A stretch of 64,000 nt of DNA from Octopus bimaculoides (GCF_001194135.2 NC_068981.1:108281151-108345150); one strand, 5' to 3'; counted from the first letter of the stretch, positions 27,656 to 41,794 are shown. Numbers and translations: made by a program. Notes: a model not told the origin generated them from the letters alone.

Positions 27656-30373
27656 TAGTCTGTTTGTTTAATCAGTGTTCAAACAAGTTAAAGACAGTAT
27701 AAGCTGGTATCAGAAAGAAAGCTGATTCACATGTTTCTTTGCTAGATTCACTTCTATAATCTCCATTATAACACCCTCAGCTCCTTTGAACTATTAAAAC
27801 AAAAACATCTTCCAATGAAGTTCATTTGATTCATGTAGGTCTTACAGTTTCACATTCAGGTCTCACAATGTTTTTTTCCCCCCAGACATCAACCTACATA
27901 AATTTAAGCTGAATATCAACAGCATTAATCTCGTTGCTTGCTCTTTCTCTACCTGATTAATAACTGAGTAAAGAATTATCACAAAACCCCAACAAATATT
28001 CAGTTTATGTTATTTACATCACCAGTTACTGATTTTGATTGATAACCTTAATCAGTGAAGTACTATTTGATTAAGATGAAGCTAGGCAGTATTTATTTCA
28101 GCATTTCACGACGAAAAATAATGGGTATAGTTGTTTGGTCAGTGAATTTCTGTTACAAGCATGTGGTTCAGATTTGATCCTACTGTGAGAAACCTTGGAC
28201 AAATGTCTTATATCATAACCTCATGCTGATCATTATCTAGTATGGAAGCCCATTTTATACATATGTATGTGCATATATCATTCATTTACATATATTGGTG
28301 AAAAGTATAACGATCAAGAAATCTGATAAACCAGCGCCTTCAATATCTTGTGGCATTTTTTTGCATCTGAGTTGCTCAAATGCTCCCATGCAGTGAAATA
28401 AGTGATTGTTTCATCAGAGACCTCTACTCAAACAATGTTATTTAATAAAATCCAATAAAAAAATCAATATTAGAACTGAATAAATAATCAATCTGAACTT
28501 AACAAAAAACCTAGACCATAAAAAATAGAACTCAAAACATTTAGTAACGTAATAGAAATATTAAATTATGTTATTTTGATTATCATATAAATTAGATAAT
28601 TCAATACAACCAGTTAAGTGGAGGGCTTTAGGAGGTAAAAAAATTTAAATAAGTGTAAATAATTTGAAGTATTGTCCAAAAGTTGTTAGCAAGTGCATGA
28701 TAATGGAAGGATAATATAAAATAAAAAGAAACAATATGTAAATGGAATTATTTCTATGTAATAAAAACATTTAATATATTAGATACAAAATATAATTATA
28801 AATAATCATTTTATACAATTGTGAAGTGAGACATTTCATACTAATTAGGAATCAAAATTCTGAATGCATATCTACATATCATTCAAGATTTGATAATTGA
28901 TGATATATAGTGATCTTGTCTAACAAGTTACTAAAAGTAACAACCATTATCAATGGAAAAAAAAAATGTCCCTCTCTTTCTTACATTTATTACAAAACTA
29001 TATAATCACACCTTACTATTTTTTAACGTCCTTAATTACTCTTTGAACTGAAGAAATGTTACTAAAATATGAAGGTAGTATAAATTTACATATAAAGGTT
29101 TACTTCATTCTATTTAAATCTTTAAACTCAGTAACTGATAATCTTTTCATTGATTTCTAGTTTTCTTTTAATGTACAGTCATATGAGATAACAATTTCGA
29201 TTATTAGGCATCAAAAGTATTGCCATATCATAACAACATATTTTATGCAAACTTCTTAGGTCTTTGGAAATTGTGTGAAACATTATATAAACTATATGTT
29301 TTATATACAGATTTTTCCAGTGAATTGTTATAGTTTAAGCAGAGGTGTCAACAACAGAAATAAGCTCTAACCTGAAACACTATATCTGGAAGAAAACATT
29401 CAAATAAATTTAAATAAACATGGAATTTGGTAACCATATATATATATATAATCAGATCACTGTTTTATCTTAAACTTCAAAGGCTTTTACTAGTAGCCAA
29501 AGAACAACTGTATTGCTATACTGCTTCTTATAATCCAAGTCAATCAATATTGGAATTTAATTCAGTTAAATTGGATAACAAATTTTAAAAATAAAAAAGA
29601 TGACCTTGAAAAAATATTTTAACATCTAATATTTTAATTCCAATTCTTGTGAATAGTAAAACCAAATTTTCATTTATTTATTTACATTACTTTTAATAAA
29701 TCTCTTCAAATATTTAAGAGATTTAATTATTTCAGAATGTTCATATCATTAGTTACAACTAAATTCATACATTTAAGAACCAGGTGGCAAAACTCTAAAT
29801 ATTTACAGCTTTAAAAAGGAATTGAAAAATCCAACTGGAAAAAAAAAAACTTATATTAAACAAAAAATTTTTATTAAATAAAAAATTATGCATGGTTGGT
29901 AAAATATCAAAAATGTAAGTTACTATGTAAAATGTTATGAGCACTATAGCATTGCTGAAGACTATGTCTCTGGATTTACTTGTGCTATATTTCTTTAAGT
30001 ATTCTATAAAATTGCAGTTTATAAGATAAAATCATACTTATTAGGAGACGAGAGATTCCAATCTTCTCAACCAAACAGTTATGTAAAGTTCTTTTTCAAA
30101 ACTCAAGATTTCAAGGTGAGGAACAATAATAATATATTCAATAGAAATTATTCATAAGCAGTAATAAATACTAGATAATAAAAAAGAATAAATTTCTATG
30201 ATATTCCAACAAATTAAAATTGGTTATATTAAAGAAACTCAAGACATATCAAGCTTTATATGTTCTCCTGTCAAACTTGAATATGCTTTCCAACATCATT
30301 ATTTGTTTTAGTCAAAGAACCACAATAAGAAGTTTACAAAACATCATTTTGTATATATTATATACCATCAGTA

Positions 30374-30841
30374 TCAAAGTTCTGTGATTTGGTATTTCAT
30401 GGAAGATTTTACAGGAGACGAAGGTGCTTTTTGATCATATGGTCTTTGTGATGATTGATAGTTGTTCGATAGTAAATACTGTTCTTGGCCAGAACTAAAA
30501 TTGTGAGTATTAGTGTTAGCACCATTTGCATCTCCTACAGTACTATTGCTGCAATATGAGCCACGATAACCAGCTGGCGTATTCATACGTGGAGCTGTAA
30601 GAACACTGATTGTGGCAGGAGCAAAATCTCCAACAGTTCCACCAAGAGAGCCACCTGGAGAATCCACTTTAGAGTTTTCACTATTTATAGTTTTAATAAG
30701 CTGAGTAACAGGATCAATGCAAAACTGCTCATCGGGATAGCGGGCATTGAGGCGTTTTATGTGACAATCTCGGCAGAGCAATGTATTCTGGTATGGATAG
30801 CATCGCTTATCAGGTTCATCTGTAAGTTGCATGCCACAATC
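30374..30841 (-). CDS. WTIP: LIM gene last coding exon, 468 nt: end of LIM3 plus a 124-aa tail and TGA stop
   Basis: Acceptor ttcttatag|GAT TGT GGC ATG; contains ORF 30374..30832; CYP and CxxCH ligands complete LIM3. Confidence 0.96.
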   Translation of the reverse strand, partial: DCGMQLTDEPDKRCYPYQNTLLCRDCHIKRLNARYPDEQFCIDPVTQLIKTINSENSKVDSPGGSLGGTVGDFAPATISVLTAPRMNTPAGYRGSYCSNSTVGDANGANTNTHNFSSGQEQYLLSNNYQSSQRPYDQKAPSSPVKSSMKYQITEL

Positions 30842-32036
30842 CTATAAGAATGAAAGAAAACAGAAATAAGTTAATTTATGTATAAATTAACTTTCAGACA
30901 ACTTTGAAAATATTCTTTGTTTTAATTTAAAGCAGAGCAGTATAGCTGAATGAATTATCTTTAGTATTTTAACAGTGTATGGTGAAGAAAAGTTTAAGCT
31001 GACACTGAAGGGATTTGACTTTAAAACTTGCAGGATAATACATATTATAATGTGTTTGTTTAGTTTTACGTTGTCTGAAAATTATCATTTCTTGTGAAAC
31101 ATTATGATGAAAAATTACTGATAACTCCCATAAGTAATTTCTTGAAGAATACACAAATTAGCAGTATTTAAAATAACATTTTTTTTTTCATGTACACAAA
31201 ACAAAAAAATGTGAAATGGATACTACTTAGTTAATAGTAGTATATTATGTATTATTTTTCACAACTAATCATTCATTAAATTTCGCCTCTTTTATAATCT
31301 ACTAAAGCCAATGTTGGAGACATGCAGCAATAACCTGGATGAAGTTATGCCATGCCAAATATAGGCATCAAATTCAATGAAATGTTGACTATATGTAAGA
31401 TACACAAGCACAAAGAAGAATAGTCAATGGAATTATTTAAATGATTCTGTTAACATAATATATAAATACATATGAGATGCCTGGAATATCTAATCATCTC
31501 ACTTTCAATGATTTTCAATTGGTATCACTCCTCAATGAAGAATGCTACTAAAGTTCCTTAAAACAAGGAGAAAAAGTCCAAGGGGAGATAGGAATCTTAA
31601 GAAAGGAATGAAAAGTAAGTTACTAATTAAAAGAAATAAATAACAGCAGGGCTACTTGTTGAGAGAAAACCAGTTTAATTGAGAAGTATTAAAAAAGTAG
31701 GAGGATATCCTTCTTAACATCCAAAATACATAACTTCAACTAGTAAGATGTGGGAGCATAAAAGATTGCTTTTTTGGCTTTCTGGCTGGTCATAGATATG
31801 CCTCCTGAAAGAGTCATAGATATGCCCTTTTTCTGATCAACATAATCTTTACAAAATCTTTCACACCTAATTTTGTCTATTTTTCAGTCAGTGAGTCACC
31901 ATTAAGTAATACTGTAAATTATTTGACTTTTCATAGCAAAGGTTACTTTACAATAAGTGTTCAACCCTATTAACATTTAAATGAGACTAGTGGGAGCTAC
32001 ATGCCCTCATCTCAACCTTAATAGTTGAATTAATTT

Positions 32037-33127
32037 TGGATCTGTTCAATTTGGCTCAGATTTTTTACTCAATTTTTTTTTTAACTAAGCAGTTTGAAAC
32101 TTCATACACTGGTGGAATGTCTCATATAGAACACAGTTTACTTTGAACATTTTTCACAAAATTTGGTATTAAAGTTGTTGTATTTGGGTAATTTCAACTA
32201 ATCAACGACGTGTATTCAGTTGAAGAAAGCTACTGCTGTTTGCAATAGTAAGTGAAGCGGAACAACTTCCGGGTATCTCTACTAAATGTCACCACTCTGT
32301 TCTATTTTATTTTTTATTTACTGCTTGTGTTGCAAATTATACACCTTTTTTTTTTTTTTTTTTTTGGTTCTCGCGTTGGAGTAACCAGTAAATATCGAAG
32401 AATCAACACCAAGAAGGAGTAAATATTATTTACATATATTTATTCCTTTGCCCGACATCAGTGCTTTGTCCACACTTAAAGCACACCAGTGTTTCAAAGA
32501 CCTATAGAGCTACAAGTCCGCAGCTAGCTTTTTTGTTGTTGACATGTATGTAGTTTCAAAATGCCTTATTTTACAACTATGAAGTCTATTGTTATTGTCA
32601 TGATTTTATATTACTATAATCAACAACAAACACATTTTGTCAATATAAAAGTCTTTATTAGATTAAAAATAACATTATCAAAACATGAAGGTGAAACAAA
32701 ACAAATAGCGGCTTATACACTGGAAAATACAGTAATCGCTGGTTGCTAGTTGATAGTGTAGAAGGGAGGGAAAGAGTAAGGAATGCATGATGCTGACTAG
32801 AAAGGAAGAAAAGATAAAGGTGGCATCGTCTCATCATACAAATAGATCAGAGTGGTAACATTTAGTAGAGATGGCTGGGAAATTGTTTCTCTTCAATTAC
32901 TATCGCAAATAGCAGTAGTTTTCTTCAACTGAACACATGTTGTTGATCGGTTGAAATTACCCAAATGCAACAAACATGAAATAACTTCTAAAATACCAAA
33001 TTTCGTCAAAAATGTTCAAAGTAAACCATGTTCTGCATGAGACATTCCACCAGTATACGAAGTTTCAAACTGTTTAGTTTTTAAAAAATTAAGAAAAAAA
33101 TCTGTGCGCCAAACTGAACAGATTCAT
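32037..33127. mobile_element. Non-autonomous DNA element or large MITE with ~220-bp TIRs, in the last intron
   Basis: 32037-32255 (GGATCTGTTCAATTTGG...) is inverted at about 32885-33127 (...CCAAACTGAACAGATTC); no coding interior. Confidence 0.8.
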
Positions 33128-33232
33128 TACTGAATCCCAGCTTTCTTATTGAAAATGAGCTATATAAATTCATCAGCATTATCCCTTTTTGTTTTTAAAG
33201 ATCACAAAACATGTAAAATAGTATTTTATTTC

Positions 33233-33235
<3 letters not shown>

Positions 33236-33297
<62 letters not shown>
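33236..33297. repeat. (TA)n(CA)n microsatellite
   Basis: Direct inspection. Confidence 0.95.
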
Positions 33298-36200
33298 TAA
33301 TATTTAAGTTGATAGTTCTTTTTTTTTTGTTCAGATATATATGGCGTTATCTGATCTAGTCAGGGGTCCGCAGCAGTGAAGTTAAAACACCTCTTAAAAG
33401 GCAAGAAACCAAATCCAACATGCAGGAAAAATACAATCAGACGCATGCAGAAAAGAGTTTCAAGCCAAATTTCACAATCTTTACATAAATAACTGTATAC
33501 CAGTACTTGCTAATATTTTTCCTGGTTGTTTTTGTTCTTTCACACTAATGTTGGTAAAGATAAGGTATTTCTCCTTTGTGATAAGATATGAGTTCCACAA
33601 AATTTATCCGTATTTTGGACATCTTTATTTTTAAGTATCAGACTATATTACACAGATTGGACAATGAGAATGATTTACATATGTTAAAGAAACTAAACTG
33701 TTTAATTTTTAACAAAAATACGAAATGTAGATTACAAGGGAAACAACTTCACAAGTAATTTTGTTGATAATTATTGATAGGTATGAAGTTAACTCCCTTG
33801 AACCACACTGCTTCCAACTGAGTCTCCTGATATTCTGTGGAACTATTAAATTAAAATAATGAAACTACCTAACTTAGTGAATACTTTCAATACAGCACTA
33901 TGTACAAATGAGAACTAATTCCAACAACTAATTGAATGTAAAATAAAACTTCCGTTTTTAGTTTTTCAAAAGACATTCATTTAAATATAAAGAGAACACA
34001 TGGTCCAACAAGAAATGAAGAATTAGTGATATGAAAAGGAAATAATTTAAGTTACTTAATTCTAATAAAAAATTCTCTAAACAAATACAGATTTGATCAG
34101 CAATCTTTCTTCAAAAAGTTAGATTTAAGAGGCTGGAAATAAGAAGGCAGTAAAAGAATATTCTCAAAAGAAACATGTATTACATATCTAAATTAATATA
34201 GTGTTTTCTTTTATTTCTTAAATAAGGAAGAAACCTGAATATTTCAATAGATGAAGAAAGGAATTATGGTATACATGCCTTTCACAAAGTTATTGACAAA
34301 AGATGAGAATCTCAACCAGGAACAAAAACACAGCCAGAGATATATGGTGAGCTAGGCAAAACTTTAAATATTGGCTGAATATAATCACACACACACACAC
34401 CATAGCTAACTTGATTTTAAAGGAATTAATGAAATAACCAAATGAGGAATAATTTTTTTAAAGGAGGAAAAACATAAATGAAAAAAACAATTGTTAGAAT
34501 GAAAGCCAAATTTTACTAAAGTTTGAATATCAATTCCTGAAAGCCTTTGTTATACAACTAAAGACAAATAGCAGCACAAGGCTAACAGCATTTCTCATAG
34601 TGATGTCAATCACCTCAAACAAAAAGTAGTAAGTTTATTAATCAGGTAATAACCATGCCAATAATGTTTGAATTGCAATTAGTTTAGCAACAAGGAAACT
34701 GTAGCTATACACTAGTATGAGGTAAAGAAGAAAAAAAGAAAGATTCATGAAATGTCTAAATAAAACAGAATTCAACAATAATACATGCTGTATGTTATAG
34801 AGTAACTCAACAGGTGATAGTTTACTGTTTAATTCTGTCTTGAAAGCTGTAAATATGGATAGAAACACCTTTTGTTAATGTATTTCATAGTTTATACATC
34901 ATGATACTAGTAATAAATTGACTAGCTTAGTAACTGTTGATAGAATGTAAATAATTATATTTATTTATAGCATAATTAGCATTGATTTACCCTGAGTGAA
35001 AATAATTTCCAAATTTATTTTATATTTAAAACAAATAAAACATTTGAACTAGTTAACTGACACAAGATTGTTTTAAAAAGACAAAAAGGTAAAAAAATTA
35101 CATGGTAAAAAAATAATTATCCTTTCAAAACACAAAGATGCATGGGATTAGATTTTTGCTCTGGCTTTTGTAGTTATATGTATGAGATACATCCCTTTCA
35201 GGGCATGTCTCTAAAGTTGACAAACAAAACTAGACACAAACTGGGCAAAATCTTACATGTAAAATTCACAAATCAGAGCTGATTACTCAAGAGAAGCAAA
35301 GGTAAGGAAAAAAAGTATTGCCCTATGCACACTTCTGAGGCAAGGTTTGAAACAGTGGATATAACTGTAGACATCAAGCTGGGAAGAATATATTTCCAGT
35401 ATGAAACGGATTTAGAATGACCTAGGGAACTAAAAGTTGCAGAGAAAGCGCAACAATTGTATAAAGGACACAAATCTGAAGCTATATGGAGTATGTCTGT
35501 CTATCATGGATAAATGCTTCACAGAACATACTCAACCAATTCATTGCAGGCTCAATCGATACTGCAAGAAAGATCACCACCAACACCTTTTGTCACTCAA
35601 ATGCAGTAAACCAGTGATTGGATAACTGGAACCCTATTTATAAACAAATTTCAAAATAAGGATGAACTAATTTTTTAAAACTTCTTTATTAACAATAAAG
35701 TTTGCCTGAATTAAATATGGGCTTTTGATTTATCTCATTATTCACAGTAAATTCAAATATATACATGACAGTATAAAAGTTGCCAACATTGAAAGATTAA
35801 CAAAATCCTTATCACTGAAAGCCTCTAACAAAAATATTAAAATGATGAACTAGACGAATATTTCTGAGTGGTAGCCTCTTATTTGAAACAAGCAAGTTAT
35901 ATGTGACACAGGTTTTGCTCAGGGTATTTATCTTTCAGTAAGGCACTATGGTATAGCAAATGCTATCTATGACAACAGATTTCCTCAACAGCTTTAAATG
36001 CAGATATAATTCTAAAGACAAGAACATTGGTGGACAATTCTGGTAAAAATTCAATCAATTAAAAGCTTAATAGATTAAATACAGCTTTTTGGACAGAATA
36101 TGAAAATGTACACTGCTGTAGAGTGAGTTCTGCAGCTAATGTAAATGTCATATCAAAATTCAATGATAACAATATATATTGTTTCAACTGGTGCACTTAG

Positions 36201-36536
36201 TTGTATCCTCAAAAGTTTGCATAGTCACTTTGAGAAGTTGGAGTTCATTTTAAAAACATTGAATCAGATGAAGGTGATCAACTTCATTGAATTCAATTAA
36301 AATAAAATATGAAAAACGTTTTGACAGAAATTGTTACACAATAAAATGCACTTCTTTACTGGAAATGAATTCTCACTGCATTGAATGAACATCTCATAGT
36401 AGAAATATGCATCTGCACACACACACACACACACACACAAAAAAAACCTGTGTAAATCATACTGAGAGAGATGCAAGTAACTAATATGAAAGAGAAGAAA
36501 CTTTTATTAACAGAAACAAATTGTCCATTAACTCAC

Positions 36537-36605
36537 CTCACAATGGTAGCAGTCAACATGGAAATCCCTATCCATTGACACAACACGAACTGTTTCTTCA
36601 GTGCC
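36537..36605 (-). CDS. WTIP: LIM gene exon, 69 nt: GTEETVRVVSMDRDFHVDCYHCE
   Basis: Acceptor ttttaccttcag|GGC, donor GAG|gtgagt; the RVVSMDRDFH motif is typical of zyxin/Ajuba LIM3. Confidence 0.96.
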
Positions 36606-37719
36606 CTGAAGGTAAAATTAGACAATTTTTTTACATGTGCATGTTAAACTATATTCATTGAAATTTATTCAATAGAAATGTATAATGAAAATTATTTAAC
36701 AAAACTCATAGTAATTCATTTTACTTTAAAATATAGAATAAGTATTCCTTTTCCTCAATAGCAATAAAAATATGTTGAAACTAACAGCTAAATCAGATAG
36801 GAGTGAGTAAATTGCAGCCCACAGGGCATTCTGAATGGCATGCCTTAACAAAAAATTATCTTTGAATTTTTTTTTAGTTGTGAGGCCCACCTGATGATGA
36901 GTGAAGTGGCAAAATTTACAAAATGGTTGCTAATGTATGAGCTAAATATTTCATCACAATTATTTTAGAAGATAAATGCAAAATTCATTCACAATCAAGA
37001 CATACGTAACATAAACATGGAAAAAATTTCAATTAGCATTATTGAAACTTTTTCATGTATATACTACTAATGACTATTTTAGACAAGTAAGCCTGATCAT
37101 GATGCTTGCTAATGGAGGTGTTTTCACTGGATATATATTTATTAGTTAAAACACATTACTTTCTTTAGAAAAATAATATTAATTTCAACAGACACCAAAC
37201 CAACCTCCCTACCTTTTCCTTTCTGGTATCTATGTATATCTTTTCTTCAGCTGTCACTACACCCATAACATTGTCTAAGGAAGTGAGTTGAAACGCACTA
37301 CAGCAGCATTTGGACATGTTTGAATGATAATTTATATGTTCAAAATATACCCAGATGGATAACATGTTTCTGAACTTTGGATAATTTGAAAGAAATAAAA
37401 ATAAATAAATAGAAGGGGACACACTAATTTAGCAGTCCTTGAATTTAGTAAGTTATTCTAGTTTTTGTCAATTTGCATTTAATATCATTTTGTTTGGCAG
37501 CCACTGAAAATTTTTGTATTTCATTCTAGAGTTATGTCCATGACTAAATTCTTCTATCATTCATTTTCGTGGCTACACACACACACATATATATATGCAT
37601 ATATACACAGACATGACATAAGTAAATAGACACTCTTATAATCATTAAAATTTCTTTAAATCTAAAATTATGCATTCAAATTATTTATTAGTTGTTATAA
37701 TGTGAATATTTAATATTGA

Positions 37720-38600
37720 ATTTTTCAATGCAAGGACTCTATTAGGCATGATACTGATCAGATGATGAATATTCTCTTGCAGAATTTCTTGTCAAGTTTC
37801 ATGCAGTAATCGCAAAAGATCTGGCTTTGAAGATGCTTTCTTGTTCTTTTTATGAAGTGTCCTGTCATTTATATAATAGGGGTCATATCTGATGACTGGC
37901 TTAGCCATGGAAGCTTTTTAAAGCCATTCTCAAACAAATCTTGTGTTATTTTAGCTGTGTGACAAGGAACCCCATATTCCATAAATAAAGAGTTTTCTTT
38001 AATCATTTCACCACCGGAGAGGAATGGAAAGAGTCTTTTCTGCAATATGGACACATATCTATCTGAGTTTATGTTGGTTGCAATTTTTCCACATCAAATT
38101 CTTGATCACAGAGTCTCCAGACCCACAATCAACCAGTGTCAGAAAATACAGCAAATCTGGAATCATCAGAGAATATGACAGTGTCCCAAAATGCTAGTGG
38201 CCTCTCCACCATCTCACTGGCCCAATCTTTTTCTCTACTTGATGTTGGCTGGTCGAAGAAGTGGCTCCCTTCTTGCCACTCTGCCATAGTAACCAAGTTT
38301 GTGGAGATACCTGACAGCTGTTCTGGGACTGGCATCAACTTGTTTGGCTATGACAGAAACCTAGCAACAAGGATTATCCTCCACACTTCTCTTACCAAAG
38401 AGAAGTGTCCTAGTTGATCTGGGCAAGGTGATGTGGACTCCTTCCCTTTGGTGCATTGCACAATCACTTTATTAACTGTAGAAAGCAGGATCCCAAGGTT
38501 TTCTGCGATTTTACACCGACTATGTCCACCTTCAGAATGCCCCATTATACAGCCTCTTTGAAATTCAGACAATTCCAAGGGTTCTATTAAAAAGTTATGT
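37720..38600 (-). mobile_element. Degenerate Tc1-like transposase
   Basis: [18 protein letters not shown] (HTH), WDTVIFSDDSRF, VPCHTAK, WLSQSSDMTPI (WP.QSPD.NPI-like); frameshifted. Confidence 0.85.
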
Positions 38601-38675
38601 TAAAAACAGCTGTAATGAGCTGACAATCCATCGTATGTTATTGTTCATTTGATATCCATATATATATATATATAT

Positions 38676-40293
38676 GGCCCTGCTCGACCTGTAGAAAAGG
38701 CATAGGTAGAAACTCCATAAGATGTACCCAATGTAAGCTATGGACACATAAGAGGGGCAGCAATATCAAAGGAAAGTTAACTGGGAAGATAGTTTTTGTA
38801 TGTGGCAAATGCTCAGGCGCTATAAACACAGAAAATGTGCAGAGAACAGCTTCTGTCACATTCCAGGGAGAAAAACTAGAAGTAGTTGAGAGCTTCTGTT
38901 ACCTAGGAGACCAAGTCAGTAGCAGGGGTGGATGTGCTGAAAGTGTAGCTGCCAGAATAATAATAGCCTGGGTAAAGTTCACAGAGCTCCTACATCTGCT
39001 GGTGACAAAGGGCCTCTCGCTAAGAGTAAAAGGTAGAGTGTATGATGCATGTGTGCGAACAGCCATGCTACATGGCAGCAAAACATGGGCCATGACTGCT
39101 AAGGACATGTGTAAGCGTGCAAGGAATGAAGCCAGTATGCTCCGCTGGATGTGTGATGTCAGTGTGCATACACGACAGAGTGTAAGTGACCGGAGAGAAA
39201 AATTGGAATTAAGAAGCATCAGATGTGTTGTGCAAGAGAGACAACTGCGCTGGTATAGTCATGTGTTGTGTATGGATGAGGACAGCTGTTTGAAAAGGTG
39301 TCACACCCTAGCAGTTGAGGGAATCTGTGGAAGAAGTAGACCCAGGAAGACATATGATGAGGTGGTGAAGCACAACCTTTGAACGTTGGGCCTCACTGAG
39401 GCAATGAGAAGTGACTGAAACCTTTGGAGATATGCTGTGTTTGAGAAGACCTGGCAAGCCAAGTGAGACCATAGCCCATGGCCTATGCCAGTGGGTGTAA
39501 CCAGCCCATTTATGAATACCCCACCATTCATTAGACAATAAACCTTGCTTGTGAAGACCTATTGAGGCAAGTAAAATCAAAATCAAAATGGAAATTGCTG
39601 AGGTGGCTGACGACAGTACCACCTGATAGGCACTTGTGCCAGTGGAATGTTAAAAGCACATCCGAACGTAGGGTGTAACTGGCCCACTTATGAATACACC
39701 TCATTCATTGGACAATGAACTTTGCTTGAGAAAACCTATTGAGGCAAGTGTAAACCAATCAAAATCGCTGATGTGACCAATGACAGTACTGCCTGATTGG
39801 TACTCGTGCCAGTGGAACATTAAAAGAAGCATATCTGAGCATAATCGTTGCCAGAGCCACGGATTGGCTCCTGTGCCGGTGACATGTGAAAAGCACCATT
39901 CGAGCATGATCGCTGCCAGCTTTGCTGGTGGCACATGAAAAACAATATTTGAGCATCATCGTTGCCAGTGCCACTGGACTGGCTCCCATGCAAGTAACAT
40001 GTAAAAACACTGTTTGAGCATGGTCGTTGTCAGTGCCACTGGACTGGCTCCTGTACAGGTAACACATAAAAACACCGTTTGAGCGTGGTCGTTGCCAGAA
40101 CCGTGTGAGTGGCCCTCGTGCATATAAAAAGCACCCACTACACTCTTGGAGTAGTTGGCGTTAGGAAGGGCATCCAGCTGTAGAAACTTTGCCAGACCAG
40201 ATTGAGCCTGGTACAGCCTCTGGCTCACCAGTCCTCAGTCAAACTGCACAACCCATGCCAGCATGGACAGGGGACGTTAAACGATGATGATGA
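38676..40293 (+). mobile_element. 5'-truncated RTE LINE, antisense to the host gene
   Basis: ORF 38837..39382 (LEVVESFCYLG...KGRVYDACVRTAMLHGS...RWYSHV...GRSRPRKT); 3' end GGACGTTAAACGATGATGATGAT. Confidence 0.92.
39835..40130 (+). repeat. Tandem ~65-bp repeats in the RTE 3'UTR
   Basis: About 5 copies of a GAGC(A/G)T..TCGTTGCCAG...AAAA.CAC unit. Confidence 0.75.
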
Positions 40294-40495
40294 TATATAT
40301 ATATATATATATATAATTTGGATGACATTGTTGAGGTCAGTTCAGCCTCACATTTAACTGACTTAGTGTTACATACCTAATTTAATGGGCACATTGCAGC
40401 ATTTTTACAGGCAATGGTCAATCCCAGCCTAGAAAAATAGATTCAAAAGCTATTCAGCAAAGATTTCAGTAAAATTATATATCATAAATACATAC

Positions 40496-40547
40496 CTCAA
40501 CAGGTGTGATTGCTTGACCACAGGCTGCACACTTTGGAGCATAAATC
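40496..40547 (-). CDS. WTIP: LIM gene exon, 52 nt: (R)IYAPKCAACGQAITPVE
   Basis: Acceptor tttatttacag|G, donor GAG|gtatgt; the first nt completes the split Arg codon; start of LIM3. Confidence 0.95.
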
Positions 40548-41069
40548 CTGTAAATAAATATACATAGTTTATGCAATGGAAACAGAAGAAAAAAAATGGA
40601 CTAAAATTTTGTACTAACATCTGGATATTTTTTAATTAGTTTAGGTTCATCATCAGTTGCTTTGATATGGCAATGACTATGCAATTCATAAATTAAGTGA
40701 AGAAACAAGATGGCGGCTTAGTGTGAGAGTGTCAAACTTAGAGCATGTCAATGTTGAATGTGAGAAGAAAATACTGATTTGACTGCATTATTAAACTTAA
40801 CTTCACAGTTTCAATCCAATAACAGGCAATATGTATGTTACAGCATTGGAAAACTTACTTTAATCTATTTCTACAAGTTAAACTTGAAAAAATAGAAACT
40901 GACCCATCATAAGCCAAGTTTTTAAAGGAAATTCAATCATAAAACTTATGTTCTGAAATGATATGCACATTTCCTTGCAAAATACAATGGATACTCAGCT
41001 AAAGCTTGTTATCACAATTTGGACTAAAGTAAAATATCTGAATTCATCCAAGTAATAAGCACAGTATGA

Positions 41070-41697
41070 TACCATTAATCCTCGAGTATAATCCACATTT
41101 TTCCCCCCAAATTTAAAGGTCAAAATCCCTAGTGCATACTATATATGAAGTTAAAAATGAAAAATATTTTCTAAGCAATATCCAAGTCTCTATTTGCTGT
41201 CCGGCAATGTTTATTCAGATGCATTTTGTGATGTCGGGAGCGAAAATACCTTAAGCTAAGCCTGAAAGCAATGAAGTCATAAAAGAATCATCCATAACTT
41301 GCAATAAGCAACATTTATTAAAATAAAAGTGTTGTATATCGTCTTCACTGGATTGTACTCAGGATGACGTTGTATGGAAAGATGAAATAAATGAAAGTGA
41401 ATCTTCTGATGTTGACTATGAATTTGACGATAACAGAGATTTACACTACAATAATGCTGACATGTTTACGGAGGAACAAATGGAACAGTTATTTGATGCT
41501 GAAAGTGAAGTTGAAGTTGAAGGATTTGAATAAATGTTTTTGCTTTTGCTTTTGTAACTGATAGTGATAAATAAAGGCAATTTTTAGGGGGCTGTATCTC
41601 TGAAAAATTTAAACCTTGTGTATAATACACACCCCTTCTCTAACTTGAGTCAAGGAGGCCTATATAACGTCCTTGGTTTGTAAACATATATACGGTA
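41070..41697 (+). mobile_element. Internally deleted pogo-like transposon retaining the transposase acidic C-terminus
   Basis: Ends TACCATTAATCCTCGAGTATAA / ...TATATACGGTA; 41327-41533 reads KCCISSSLDCTQDDVVWKDEINESE...EVEGFE*, like the pogo KC.IS..LDG.EDD motif. Confidence 0.7.
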
Positions 41698-41794
41698 ACG
41701 TCCTTTATTATTATTGTATATATATAACATAATGCAAATGTGTAGCTTTTTTGTGCACTTTGTTTTCAAAAAATAAAGAAATAACAGTAATAAC

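Noticed and set aside
38837-39382. 181-aa ORF as a host gene
   Set aside because: RT C-terminal fragment of a truncated RTE LINE
39835-40130. Repeat array superficially like CRISPR
   Set aside because: Tandem units without unique spacers, inside an RTE 3'UTR in a eukaryote; no cas genes
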